Shown: positions 17,167-34,340 of the stretch, piece by piece
Layout: each line of letters starts with the position of its first letter
Position numbering within the stretch: the stretch's first letter is position 1
From: the human T2T-CHM13v2.0 reference genome, Homo sapiens
NCBI RefSeq assembly: GCF_009914755.1
Contig: NC_060946.1
Direction: 5' to 3' (one strand)
Length of the DNA: 64,000 nucleotides
Position numbers and translations under genes: made by a program
Notes under the pieces: model-generated
What the model was told of the DNA's origin: nothing
What the model saw: only the letters and a program-made list of their open reading frames with translations
Database searches by the model: none

Positions 17167-17752
17167 TGAGAGCAACAGGAGGCAGCCAAAGGACCAGGCA
17201 GATGGGGCAGGTCCTTGGTGAAACCCTACCTTCAAGCCAAAACACAGCCTGAAGGCTGAAAGACCAGACTTCTGGTCCTGGATGAAACCCTCAACCCAGA
17301 GTGAGAACATCTGTTCCTGTTTGCCCACCCTTTCCCGATTGATTCTTTCTGAATAATGCTTTGTAGCAGTGGAATGTTGCCTTTTCTAATACTACCTACA
17401 GCCTGCCCCTCCCCCATTCTAAGCCTATAAAAGACCAGACTCAGCCACAGTGGAGGAACTTTCCTGCCTTTGGATAGGGGGGCCACCCACGTGTCACCTC
17501 TCCACTGAAAGCTGTTTCATCACTCAATAAAACTCCCCACCTTGCTCACTCTTCAATTGTCAGTGTATCCTCACTCTTCTTGGGTGCAGGACAAGAACTC
17601 GGGAACTGGTACACAAGCCAGACTCAACCACGGTGGGCCGACTGAGCAGGCCATCTCATGCAGCAGGTAGCATGGCCAAGAGAGGCCCAGGTGGGGCATT
17701 GCCGGCCAGAGGTCCCCGGCTTGCAAAGTGACCAAGAAAAAATCCTGTGTCA
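17167..17752 (+). mobile_element. Solo ERV1 LTR (LTR27/28-like)
   Basis: TG...CA termini, TATAAAA (~17427), AATAAA (~17526), near-TSD acac/aaac; subfamily uncertain. Confidence 0.7.
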
Positions 17753-19374
17753 AAACCAATGTATATTTTTTGTGATTGGCCTTCTTGGGATGCAAGGGGC
17801 AGTCTGAAAAAACAATCCACAGGGCTGGGGAGCAAATAAGACTTGGATACAAAGCGACAGAGATGCAAAATACTCTTTGAATCATAGCATCTCAGCAAGA
17901 ATCACAGAATGGTAGATTCTAAGGGTCATAGGATCACAGCCAAGAAAAGGACCTTGACTTATCCAGGGAGATCCCCTTGTTTTGCAGATGTGAAAATGGA
18001 GGCTTAGAGAGGGAGGGGCCCTGGTGTTTCAAGGGGAGCCTGCCCTGTCCCACACTCATTCCTGAAGGCTGAGGCTCCTCCTGCTGGAAGACACTCCCTT
18101 CTGGAGCATCATGAGGTCACAGGGGATCCCTGGCTAGCCAGCCAGAGCCCAGCTGCCCACACTTGCAGGGGAAACAGCATGTCCATAGCCACAGTGGGAG
18201 CAGAACTAGGTCTGCTGCTCCTCAGTGGCCTGGTGGACTTTCATCCCTGGCCACAGCAAGGCTTCCTGGAGCCACAGATTCAGATGGCCTGTGGACTTTC
18301 ATCCTTGGCCACAGTGAGGCTTCCTGGAGCATGTCCAGCAGTTCCCTATGTACAGACACAAAGCCTCTGGGGGAGATAACACCATCTTCAGCCCAGCAAA
18401 GAGGGAGTCCCGATGGTCGTGGAGGGCAATTGCCAGAGGGGCCCATTCTCTGTGATGCATGTGGAGTGATGGGAAGCCCAAGCCTAGAGAGGTTATAGGA
18501 AATCCTAACATGGATTCTTCTAGCTGGAGCAGAGTGGCTGCTAAGCCAGGGTACTCAGGGCACCCAGAGGCTCCCACCTTGGAAGACCAGCTGCCAGGAA
18601 CATGCCACTTCACAAAACGCTATCGGGGGTCTCTGGGCCACATCAGAGGTAGCCAGCCCTTTAATACCTGACACCCCCTCCCCCAGAGAGGGCATTCGCC
18701 AGCTGACTCCTACAGAAGAGCACCCCTTTTATTGGGTACCCTTTTTACCTCCCTCCAACCTCATGGCTCAGTGAGGACTTTCTGGATACTAGAATACTGC
18801 TTTTGTTATCGGAGAGGTAATGTAACCTGGACTGAGGGATCAGAGAACCAAATAACCCCAGCCACAGAGACCAGTGGGATATGGAACACAGGTTAACCTA
18901 GAGAGACCTTTCCAAAGAATTTTCTTACTGGATCTGGTGGGGAAAATGCTCTTGCATCTCCAATCCAGGAACTAGAAGGACATGAATTGTAATAGACTTG
19001 AAATTCTCTTCTTTCTGTTATGGAAAAAGCCCACCTGTAGTGGGACAGAATGAGGCTGGAAGAGAGAGAGAGAAAGAGAGAGAGAGACAGCGAGAGAGCT
19101 ACAGTGGGGCTCCTGGTCCCTGAACCTGGAGCTGCCTGAAACCTTCTGGGTTTTCCTTTGATTCTGTGAACAGGTCAGTAGCTCTCGAGCATTCTATCTG
19201 TGACCCATTTCACAGTGCAATCCATAACACACACACACACACACACACACACGTAAGTGTGTGCATCATCACTATATGGACATAATTTCCATGAAACACT
19301 ACTTATACCCTTATTATGTATGATATACTCTGATATTTTTTACTTTATCTCATTTCATTTTCTTTCTTTCTGTC

Positions 19375-19700
19375 TGTCTTTTTTTTTTTTTTTGAGATGG
19401 TCTGTCTCCCAGGCTGGAGTGCAGTGGCACAATCTCGATCACAGCTCACTGCAGGCTCAACCTCCTGGGCTCAAGTGATCCTCCCACCTCAGCACCCCCC
19501 ATCCCCCATCCCCTCAACACACACACCAGTCTCTAGGACCATAGGCGCACCACCACACCCGGCTAATTTTTGCATTTTTTTGTGGAGACAAGGTTTCACC
19601 ATGTTACCCAAACTGGTCTGACTCCTAGGCTCAGGCAATCCTCCAGCCTCAGCCTCCTAAAATGCTGGGATTACAGGCATGAGCCACCATGTCCAACCTC
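19375..19700 (-). mobile_element. AluJ-like
   Basis: Diverged antisense Alu. Confidence 0.85.
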
Positions 19701-20073
19701 ATTTCCCTTTATTATTTCTTGAGACCCACTAAGCTGATTTCATGACACTGTAAATTGTGACTTGCAGTATAAGAACAACCAAGCTGGATAAATGGCTTCC
19801 TTGTTTTTGCTTACACTGCTCCAAGATGATGTGTCACTTGCAACCTGCTAACCAAAATGCCAACTAACCTTGCCTCTTGCACAACCTGTACCTCCTGTTC
19901 CAGCCCCTGCCCACCTCCACCCCACCCCTGGCCAGGCTACCACAAGGAGAGCAGTTTGCAAACTCACTGATCATTCAGCCACAGAGCAGAGATGTGGACT
20001 TCTGTGATGTGTTTTAGTGCAAAGAACTGGAGGTAGACACATTTGGGTTCTACGCCTAACCCTAGTCATGTCA

Positions 20074-21065
<992 letters not shown>

Positions 21066-21754
21066 ACCTTCCTCACAAGAACCCCGGGAAGGAGATGGGA
21101 TGGAAGTGGGTGAGGGTTAGTTGCTGTACGCCAAGCAACAAGGGTGTGGCCATGCGAGGCCTGGCCCTTTTGGTGGTCCTGGGTTCAAGTTCAGTGCTCC
21201 ACTCTCCCCTTGTAATGGCTGCTTCCCTGCTTCGCTCTGGCCTGGGCTCCCAGGATCCTGAAACTGCTTCCAGGCAAAGCAATGGAGGCCACGATAGAAC
21301 TTTTGCTACATTTGGCAAATTGCAGTCTCAGGGCAGCATTTGCTCAAACTCTAGGCAACCTCCGCCTCCTAGGTTCAAACTCTCCCTAAATGCTGTAGCC
21401 AGAGAGAAGAAAAGAAATTTCTAGAATCCAAGAATTTCAGGGTCAAAGTGTGCTTCAAGGCCTTTCCCCCATCCCAGGACGGATGGTCCCTGCCTGTGCC
21501 AGGGGCCACTGGGCCGAGGCGTGATGAGCTCTCTGGGAGGCAGACAGCCTGAGCCCAGAGTGGGTTGGTTGTGGCTGCAACACAGAAAACCTGCAGCTCC
21601 TCAGAGAGGTGCCAAGGCAAACCAGAACCCAGGTGTCCAGGAGCCAGCAATGCCTGCTGGAAGGGTCACAAAGGACCCTCTTTGTGGGCCAGTGGAACCC
21701 CAGAGGGCCAGCACAAGCCCCTGCCCCCAGGTGCCATCTCCGAGGCATGCAAAT

Positions 21755-22356
<602 letters not shown>

Positions 22357-23426
22357 TGAGGGAAGGGAAGTGGACTCTAGGAAATTAAGCGACTCCCTAC
22401 TTTTGTTCATCTGAGCTATAGGGTGGATGTTTTCTGTCCCCTTACATAAGCAGCACTTCCTGCATTTGGCTACAGAACATTTTTCTCACATGGCATCTCT
22501 TGGGGCGATTGTTTCACAAGAGCCCTGGTGGTAAACACTGCCCCCATCCAATGGCCGGTCTGGCCCCTGAGACTCCCAGGACCGAGCAGTGACCACAACA
22601 TCTGGGTCCGTTGCCAGGGAAAACAACAGGCAGGCCTGGGATGGCTCAGCGGCCCCAGCCAGGCAGCCAAGTCCTCCTCAAGGTCAGGCTGTGTTTAGCG
22701 TGTTCCCCAAGTGTGGGAGGCCAGGAGCAGGGGTGGGTTGTGGAATCCGGGATGCCACGGTTGGAAAGGCCCCTACAAGACCCAACTCAGCAGCCCTTAA
22801 CCCCTCATTCCTGCTCGTAGGGCCCAGGGACAGGAGGTGGCCTCTATCACAGCAAAGCCAGGACTGGCTAGGTGGGCCGCACCTTCTGCAAAGCAACAGC
22901 CTCCAATGTGGTCTCAGCTAGGGGTGGTGACTGGGGACTTCTGGGCATATAAATACAAACAAACCACATGGCTTCTGATCACAATTTGACACAAATGCTA
23001 GAGAGACACAGATCTCAGCCCGTAACCTCACTGTGGGCTCATTCTTGTAGACACAGAGCCTAGGACTGGTTCTTAGCTGTGTAATCACAAACAACCCACA
23101 ACTTCTAGAAGCCTGGGTTTCCTCTTCCTTAAAGTGGGAGACAGAGTATCACAATCCTATATCTCCAATCCTTGAGGCCAGATGCATGTCAGAGTTCCTG
23201 ATTTGGGGGATTTTTAGAAAGGTAATGGGGTGCAGGTATCGTGTACTATGTAACCCACGCACCCGCAGCAGCCCTCCTCAGTCAAACATATTAATATTTC
23301 TGCAGTGACTGTGAATATTCAAATTAAGCAGGAGACATAAAAACCACAGGTGAATTCATGCCAGATCAGGTCAGGTTTTGCCACTAAATGAATAAATTAT
23401 CATTTTTTTTTAAGTTTTCATTCTGA

Positions 23427-23740
<314 letters not shown>

Positions 23741-24080
23741 AGTTTCCATTTTCAGAGGATTCTGCATTCAGAGTTATTAGCCCTTTAATGCTGTGCACCT
23801 CATAGGGTTGTTACCCACATCAGCGTCACGTAAGATGCTGTGGAGGAAAGCAGTTTCAGAACAATCAGTGATGACAGCTACTGTGAATCCACTATTCAAC
23901 AGGCGCCCCATCGCTTGCTCATGGGCTCCTCACCATAGCTCTAAGCCACAGGAGCTATTTTCATACCCCATATAGGTCCATCCTATAACACAGCCAGGAC
24001 AGAGACGAGAGACTCAGGCCTCCTGACTTGGATTCTGCTCTTTCACCTCCTTGTTCATCCAATTAGAGAAACTGGCAAAA

Positions 24081-24181
24081 AGGAAACTGAAAGTGACAGC
24101 TGGAGCCCATGATTTCCTGGAAGAGCCCTAGAGCTTTGCTTTTTCTCTCCTGCAGCACTTAACCGAAACCAGTTTTGCAAT
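24081..24181 (+). promoter_or_regulatory. APOL6: APOL6 interferon-responsive proximal promoter: ISRE/IRF-E, GAS, second IRF-like site
   Basis: AGGAAACTGAAAGT (GAAANNGAAA) at 24081-24094; TTCCTGGAA (TTCN3GAA) at 24114-24122; AACCGAAACC at 24161-24170; CCAAT at 24059-24063; no TATA. Lies directly upstream of the exon-1 donor; APOL6 is an established interferon-inducible gene. Confidence 0.8.
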
Positions 24182-24348
24182 CAATTCCTGTTCAAAGGCC
24201 ACCCTACTCTTCCTATCCGTCTTTCTCCAGCCCAGACACTCACAGCCCCCTGCCAGACCAGGGGACCTCGGAGAGGCAAGGACAGAGGTTCAGGATCTTC
24301 CTCTCCCTCGGGACCCAAGGCCACAAAGGAGAGCTCCGTGGAGAGAAG
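24160..24348 (+). other. APOL6: APOL6 exon 1 (5' UTR; start approximate)
   Basis: Unique, ATG-free sequence downstream of the ISRE/GAS cluster ending in the strong donor GAAG|GTGAGA (intron starts 24349). TSS cannot be fixed from sequence. Confidence 0.75.
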
Positions 24349-24808
24349 GTGAGACGGCGGGCAGAAGTCGGGGGAGGAGGGGGCTGCCGCTCTGGTCCCT
24401 GAAGGACAGAGCCCCCAAGGGGTTGGCTTTAGGCACCTGACTCAGGGAAAAGAGCTGCTGTGAAAGCAGCGGGGTTCAAATGCCAGCCAGAGCTTGAGGA
24501 GAGTCTGAGGATTAACTTCTCCTGTGTTAATCCTGGTAGGTTTCCCTCCCTTACAGCCATTTCAGGGTTAAATTGAAACATGCTAAAGCATGCGATGTGA
24601 CTAGCCAAGTTGCATTTGTCCCTCCACTGCTGGGGATCCGAGGGCTTAGGCAGAGGGGACCTGGCCCTTAGAAAGCAGATGATTACATCAGCCACAGGCG
24701 TTTCCCTAGAAATTCAGTAGAGGAGTGGTTTAGGGGTGTCATCTCACAAGAAAAAAGGTGCTGGGTGAGTTGTCTAGAAACTGCAAAGCCAACCTACAGA
24801 GTTTTCTA

Positions 24809-25290
<482 letters not shown>

Positions 25291-25518
25291 TCATAAATAT
25301 CCTGTAAGCTTTCAAATGAAAGTAAGTTCTCAAATCCTCTTCCAATAAACCTCTCACAAGCAAATCCTCTCGCAACCACCAAGAGCAGGTCAGAGGGGAT
25401 GGAATGGGACCTGCTTAGATGAGTTTCCTGCTGTTACCTTTGCCCTGCATCCCATAGGACTAATGTAAAAAAATGAGAGAGGTATTGGCGGACGCTGGTA
25501 AAAAATGGGGTTCCAGAC

Positions 25519-25732
25519 CAGAGTCTCTTACCCCCAGCAACCTTGTCATGTTCAACCAGGTGATCCCTGGTTGTGGGGGCTGTCCTCTGCATCGTAGGGT
25601 GCTTGGCAGCATCCCTGGCCTCTGCCCTCTACATACCAACAGCAGTACCCTCTCCAGCTGAGACCATCAAAAATGTTTCCAGATATTAGCAGTGTCCCTG
25701 AGGAGCAAACACGCCCTGTTTGGGACCAACTA
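25519..25732. mobile_element. MER20 hAT DNA transposon
   Basis: ttgtgggggctgtcctctgcatcgtagggtgcttggcagcatccctggcctc...aaaaatgtttccaga. Confidence 0.75.
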
Positions 25733-26372
25733 CTCCAGACTCTGCGTGGCTGGAATTGCACAGGCTTTCCTGCTTACTGTGTGACACTGGCCTCCCTATG
25801 TCTCAGTTTGCACCTCTGTAAAATGGGCATCATCTTAGCACCGATCTCACTGGGTCACTGTGTAAAGCAGGTAGATGTATGTCTGGTGAAAGTAAACTCT
25901 TAAAGGTGCCAAGCCCCCTAAACCAAACCTAGCTTCACATACCAAAGAGGGGAGAAGGTTTTTATCTTTGAAGCATTCATTCTTTTTCATAGACTACCCC
26001 AAAGAAATAACCAAACATGTAGACAGACGTCTATATAAGGATTTTAACCAAAAATTATAAATACAAAATTTTAAAATAACTGAAAACAACCCAAAGGTTC
26101 AACAGTGAGAGAGTTATTGAATGTGTAATGATACATTCGTAAAATGAAATGCGACATGGCTTCTATGTATCGCCTGGGGAACTACTAAGATACAATGTTA
26201 GGTGACAAGAATTCACACAAACTACATGAACAGCATGCATTTCCATATGGTGAGCGTAAGGTGGATTTTATAATTTATTTCTAAATTTTCAACCTTAAAC
26301 TTGTATTCATGGCTATAAGTGAATGAATGAATGAATGGCTATAAATGAATGGCTATAAAAATTTGTGTCCTG

Positions 26373-26670
<298 letters not shown>

Positions 26671-26864
26671 TTTTTTTAAAAATAAAGAATTTGTGTCCCT
26701 TCAGAGTGTGTGAGGGAGGATGTTTTTTTCTAACTTTTTAGAAGTGGAAGGGAAGAGGATGAGAGAAGGGAGGATGAGCTGAGGGAGAAGCTATATCTAG
26801 GAAACAGCATTTCTGCCGTAAGCGCTGGACCAAGTACCAAATGTAGAGAAGAGATGCAAAGGAA

Positions 26865-27180
26865 TGTATTGGCTTCCCTAGGGCTGCTGTCAGAAAGCAC
26901 CACAAACCAGGTGGCTTCAAACAACAGACATTTAGTGTCTCACAGTTCTGGAGGCTGGAAGTCAAAAATCCCAGTGCCAGTAGGGCGCACTTCTGCTGCA
27001 GGCTCCAGGGAGACCATCTGTGCCTTTTGCAGCCTCGGTGGCTTCTGACAGCACGACTCTAATTTCTGCCTCTGTCTGCGTGCAGCCTTCTTTGCTGTGT
27101 CTCTCTCTGTCACCTCCTCTTCTTATAATGACATCAGTGATGGATTTCAGGGCCACCCTGAATCCAGGATAATTTCACCC
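26865..27180 (-). mobile_element. MLT1B/C-like LTR, truncated at the L1 junction
   Basis: tgtattggcttccctagggctgctg ... cacagttctggaggctggaagtc. Confidence 0.7.
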
Positions 27181-27186
27181 GGAGAA

Positions 27187-29315
<2,129 letters not shown>

Positions 29316-29384
29316 TTATCCCATGACAGAAGGCAGAAGGCAGAAGGGCAAGAGGGCGTGTGCGAGAGAGGTGAAGGAAGGAGG

Positions 29385-30247
29385 CTGAACTCTACTACTA
29401 CCCTCAATACTCACACCAATTTACCTTCTTCTGGTCACCAAAATATGTGAGTTTTTTTCCCTACACCAAGCAATTCTCCACTTCTTTATGAGAACAAACT
29501 TGGCATCCTACAGTTTAACTCAATTCTGACACTATCTCCTTGGAGATACTATCAGATCCCCCAGGTTAAGGGCTCAGTCCCATAAGACTGCCCCTACTTC
29601 AGACACCAGTTGTAAGTGGTGGGTCCCCAGGTTGCCCACAACTTTTGTCCAACTTGGTGACACATGGAAGGTTTCCACAACTCCCTCCTCAGTTTCAATA
29701 ATTTGCTAGAACAGCTTGCAAAACTCAGGGAAACACTTATTTACAATGACTAGTTTATTATAAAGGATCCAACTCAAGAATGGCCAGACGGAATTGATGC
29801 ACAGGGCAAGATATGGGGGAAGAGACATGGAGTTCCCATGCCCTCTCTGGGCACACCACCCTCCAGGTACCTCCATGTGTTCACCAACCCAGAAGCTCTC
29901 TGAACCCTGTCCTTTTGGGTTTCTATGGAGGCTTCCTTACACAGGCATGATGGATTAAAGAAACTATGGGCCATTTGTGGTTAACTCAATCTCCCGTCTC
30001 TCTCCTCTCCTGGAACTCAAGGGGTAGGGCTGAATATTCCAACCCTCAAATCACATGGTTGTTTCCCCAGACAAGCAGCCCCCCATCCTTGGAGGCTTTC
30101 TAAAGTCACCTCATTAACATAAACTCGGGTGTGGCTAAAAGGGGTCGGTTATGGTTAAGAAAAGATGCTCTTTTCACCTTTACTGCTCTCATCGCTCAGG
30201 AAATTCCAAGGGTTTTAAGAGCCCTGTGCCAGAAATGGGGATAAGAA

Positions 30248-30281
<34 letters not shown>

Positions 30282-30373
30282 GTATATATACACACACACA
30301 CATACACACACATATATATACACACGTATATGTAATTATATATCTATATATAATTATAAATCACAATATCACA
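29385..30373 (-). mobile_element. MER21-type LTR
   Basis: gggctcagtcccataagactgcccc...ataaatcacaatatcaca terminus. Confidence 0.8.
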
Positions 30374-30479
30374 ACATATTATGTTCTTGGGAATACAATT
30401 TGTACAAAGGGGCCTTGTAAATTACTGCTTTGTTTGGTGAAAATGATCCTTTAATCATTACAGTCTATGTGGTCATAAT

Positions 30480-31041
30480 TGTGAGAGAACAGAATAAGCT
30501 ACCCCCAGATATGCCTCTTTGGCATAGGGATTATTGAGGCGAAGGCAATTAAGAAGCAGCAGATGCAGGAAGGTTCTCTGTCCTCTCTCTATTTGCCTAA
30601 AAGCAAGATCTAAATTTACAAAGGTCTTTCTATCAAGGAGAATAAAGGTTAACCACTGAGAACTTTAGACCCTTATAGGCCTGGAGATGGTACCAGAGGA
30701 AGCTGCGTAACAAAACTTACTGACTAGTTTCTTTCTATCCTTCATTTCCTATTTATTTGTCTACCCACAATTTGGTGGCCCTCAAGATGCAAAGTCTTTT
30801 TTCTTCATCTTGTCCCTTCTCTAAAATTGTATAGTTCTTTGTTGAAGGTGGCTATATAAGCAGGGAGTTCCAAGCCACTCCTTTGAGAATTATTTATTCC
30901 CTGGTGTCTCCTACATACACTTAAGAGGTACATATTAATCCACTCCTGTTTGTTTTTCTCTTATGAATCTGTCTTGGGTTACAAGGATCCTAGCTGAGAA
31001 CTTAGAAGGGCAGAGGGAAAATTATTTTTTCCTCTCTTATA
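30480..31041 (+). mobile_element. MER34/MER31-like ERV1 LTR
   Basis: tgtgagagaacagaataagctacccccagatatgcctctttggcata start; TATATAA box. Confidence 0.6.
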
Positions 31042-31384
31042 ATATCCATCTAAGGAATCACTTACCCAGGTCAAGATGGAGAAAAGGAGATTTCCTTGTA
31101 CTTCCTCCTCCCAGTCAATAATCGCACTACCCGAGAAGAAACCTCGATTCTGACTTCTACAACCAATTCATTTGCATATTATTGAGTTTCATATAAATGG
31201 AGCCATTTGTTTGATTTCTTTCACTCAATAATAATGTCTGTGAAATTATTCCATGTTGTTTGGGTATCAGTAGTTTTCAAAATTGTTATTGCTATGTAAT
31301 ATTTAACTATATAAAAAAACTATAATTTGTTTGTTTATTCTTCTGTTGATTGATGTATTTGAGTTGTTACCAGCCCTTGGCTAT

Positions 31385-31885
31385 GTATGGGAGGAAAAGT
31401 AATTTTTTTCTCAACCCTCATAAGTTCTTAGCTGGAACAGACTCCTGTAACCCAAGACACATTAACGAGAGAAAACCAAGCAGAAGCGTATTAACATGTC
31501 TATTTCATATGGACATGGGAGAGATCCAGGGATTAAATAATTCTCAAAGAGGTAGCTTTGAATTCCAGCTTCAATACATCTCCAACAATGAACAGTACAT
31601 TTTTAGAGAAGTAGCAAGACAATGGAAAAGGGTTTTGAGTCTCCAGCAGGAGCAACTTGTGGGAAAGTAAGTCAATGTCATCTTTGGTGATCAAACTTTA
31701 TCCTTCTTGTTAGTGAGGAGACAAGGGACAGCTTTACCTTTGTCAATTTATGTCTTGCTTTTAGGCAAATAGAGGGAGGGTGGAGAACTTTTCTTGTACC
31801 CACTTCTTCTCAATTACATTTGGCTCAAAATAATCCTTATGCCAAAGTGGCATATTTTGGGATGGTGTATACTGCTACCCTCCAA
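31385..31885 (-). mobile_element. MER34/MER31-like ERV1 LTR
   Basis: aataatccttatgccaaagtggcatattttggg terminus typical of this group. Confidence 0.6.
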
Positions 31886-32151
31886 TATAGAGGTAAAAAT
31901 GTATTGAACTGACTATTTCACTGTATGCATTTATTGTATGTAAGCTACACCTCAACATACAATTTTCAAATAATAGTTTGCAAATATTTAGTATGCTATG
32001 TGGTTGTTATTTTGATAGTACATAATCCAAAATCCCTCCACACCTGAATTTCATAAGGTTTCATCATATGTGCAGTAACGTTGTTTTTCTACATTCCTGA
32101 CCAGAAAATCATTTGACTCCTGGGGACACAGATTTGCTGCCACAGAGGCTG

Positions 32152-32201
32152 ATGGACAACCAGGCGGAGAGAGAAAGTGAGGCTGGTGTTGGTTTGCAAA
32201 G
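32152..32201 (+). CDS. APOL6: Apolipoprotein L6, first coding exon (MDNQAERESEAGVGLQ + split Arg codon); exon 2 spans 32105-32201
   Basis: Acceptor ttcctgaccag|AAAATC at 32104/5; ATG at 32152; donor CAAAG|GTAATC at 32201/2. The 50 coding nt (phase 2) join exon 3 in frame and give the recognised APOL6 N-terminus. Confidence 0.93.
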
Positions 32202-34340
32202 GTAATCCAAAGGGTGTAGTCCCCAGGGAGAGGGCTGATTCTGTTGAAATGCTGCAGGCATCCTCACGATAAGGAATACATGTGCTCTGATAGGATTAGC
32301 TGTTAAGTGGGCCTTATCTTACCGCTGGTCTCCATTATGCATATGAAAATCTGTTCCCCTAGGGAAAAAAATACTTCATGGAGCTAAAGTAAATATTTTG
32401 GAGAGCAAGTCAAGATTAAGTCAGGCGCATGGCTTTGGGCAATAGGACTCCAAAGACAAAAATTGCTCCACTCTGGGGCCTCATCTCTGCAACTGTCTTG
32501 AAGACAGGAACTCCATTTCTTCAGCTCATATATCACCAAGGAAGGAAGCCATTTGGTGTTAACAAATTAATGAATTTAAGCCCAGTTGTCTGTAAATCAG
32601 CAGACGTAGCACCACCGGCCCCCTGCACAATGTGTGCAAGTAACAAATATTTGCTGAGTGAATTAGACGAACTCTATGTGTAATATGTCATGGAACTGGA
32701 CTGAAATGTTATCCAATGCCAGTAGACATCACCAGCTGATACAGGATTCACTGGAGCAGAGGTGTTCACATGTGAGACGCTTGGTTTAATTAAGAAACAC
32801 ATGAAGTCAAGCTTCTGTTAGTTATCAACCATGCTAAAACCAAAAACTTTACAGTTCATACACAGTGGCGTTGTTGATCTTTGCAGCTACATATCTATTT
32901 GCTGTTTCTTTTTGTCTAGCATACCTTGAGGAAACACAGAGATCAGGGTGGGCTAACCTATGGCATCTTTTATGTCTGGGGTTCTTTGTCAGGGCCACCC
33001 CGCTTGCCTTCATCCCACCCCTTCCCCATTGCAAGCCCTGGTGACCTTCTGCTCTGTTAACTGATTTACACCTGTGGATTAATAGATAATTGTGCCTAAA
33101 TTTATTAATTCATTAACACTTAAAACATATGCTCGATGGTATATTTAGTTTCTAATCTTTCCCACTGAGGAATTGTGTGCGTGTGTGTGTGGAAAGAGAG
33201 ATTTAAAGATAAATACATTTATGGACATACATATACTTCAATGAGGAGGCCCTGACATCAACTGACAGGTGAGAGGAAAGGCAGAAAGCACCAAGTTTAG
33301 GACTCAGAGCCCACCCAATGCTCCATCTTTACCTTGCATGTTCCTTTGGGAGTGTCCTCTTTTCTCTCTGGGCTTGAGGCCCCCCACTGAATCATAAAGG
33401 AGGTGGCCCAGATCCTCTCCAGGCCTCCCTCCAGCTCTGATGTTCTTCTTTGGGCCAGGGCATCTGTTATCACCAGGCCTCCTCGGCTCACCCTGAAGGA
33501 AATGCACAAATGGCACCTTGCATGAGAAAATGCCCCAAGCAGCAGGCTTTGCTCTCACCCTGATGCAGCTCTGCCTTGAAGGTCAAAGCCAACTGGCCTG
33601 GCAAAGATCCCTTCGTACTTCATCCTGTAAAATGTTGGAGGAAGAGGGGCCTAGGTCTCTTTGTCCCAAACTTCTTCCATGAAGGACTAATCCCATCTGC
33701 TTGAAGGGTCAAGTAAAGCTGACCAAGAGCAAGGAGAGCATTCAGGACATGAATAATAATTTATCTCAACTCTCAATGTGCAACTCCTGATAGAAGCAAA
33801 GACACACCCCAGAGTAACCAGATTCAAGGTCATTAGAGTGGAGGATGTATGATGCAATATGGCCCCCTCCACCCTCCTACTCACTTCTACACATCTGGGA
33901 CGCTCATCCCCTGCCCACCACCTTGTCTTCTCTTTCTCCTACTTTTCCCAGAACTCTCCCGCCATTGTTCCCAAGTTCTTTATCTTGAGTGGGGTTTTAA
34001 CATTTCCCCACTGCCCCTCCTCTGCAGCAGTGCTGTGCTTTCTCTGAACAAGGCTGAAAACATACCTCAGGACTTAATTTTCCTTCCCCATTCCTTGACC
34101 AAGGCTGGGGTGATTCACATTTGTCCTTCCACATGCCCCTCTTATGTGTTTCTTTTTTCCATGGAACCAGTAGTTTTCAGCGAAGGCTGAACTACTCTAC
34201 AATGCTCTAGGACTTTTCAGGGGATTTTGTAGGGAGGTACAGGGAGGATTCGAAGCTGAGAGTGGCAAGAATATCCAAGAGCCACATGGGTTTTCCCATC
34301 TGGGAAGCTGAAGCAAAATCTTTATTTCATTTCTCCTCAG

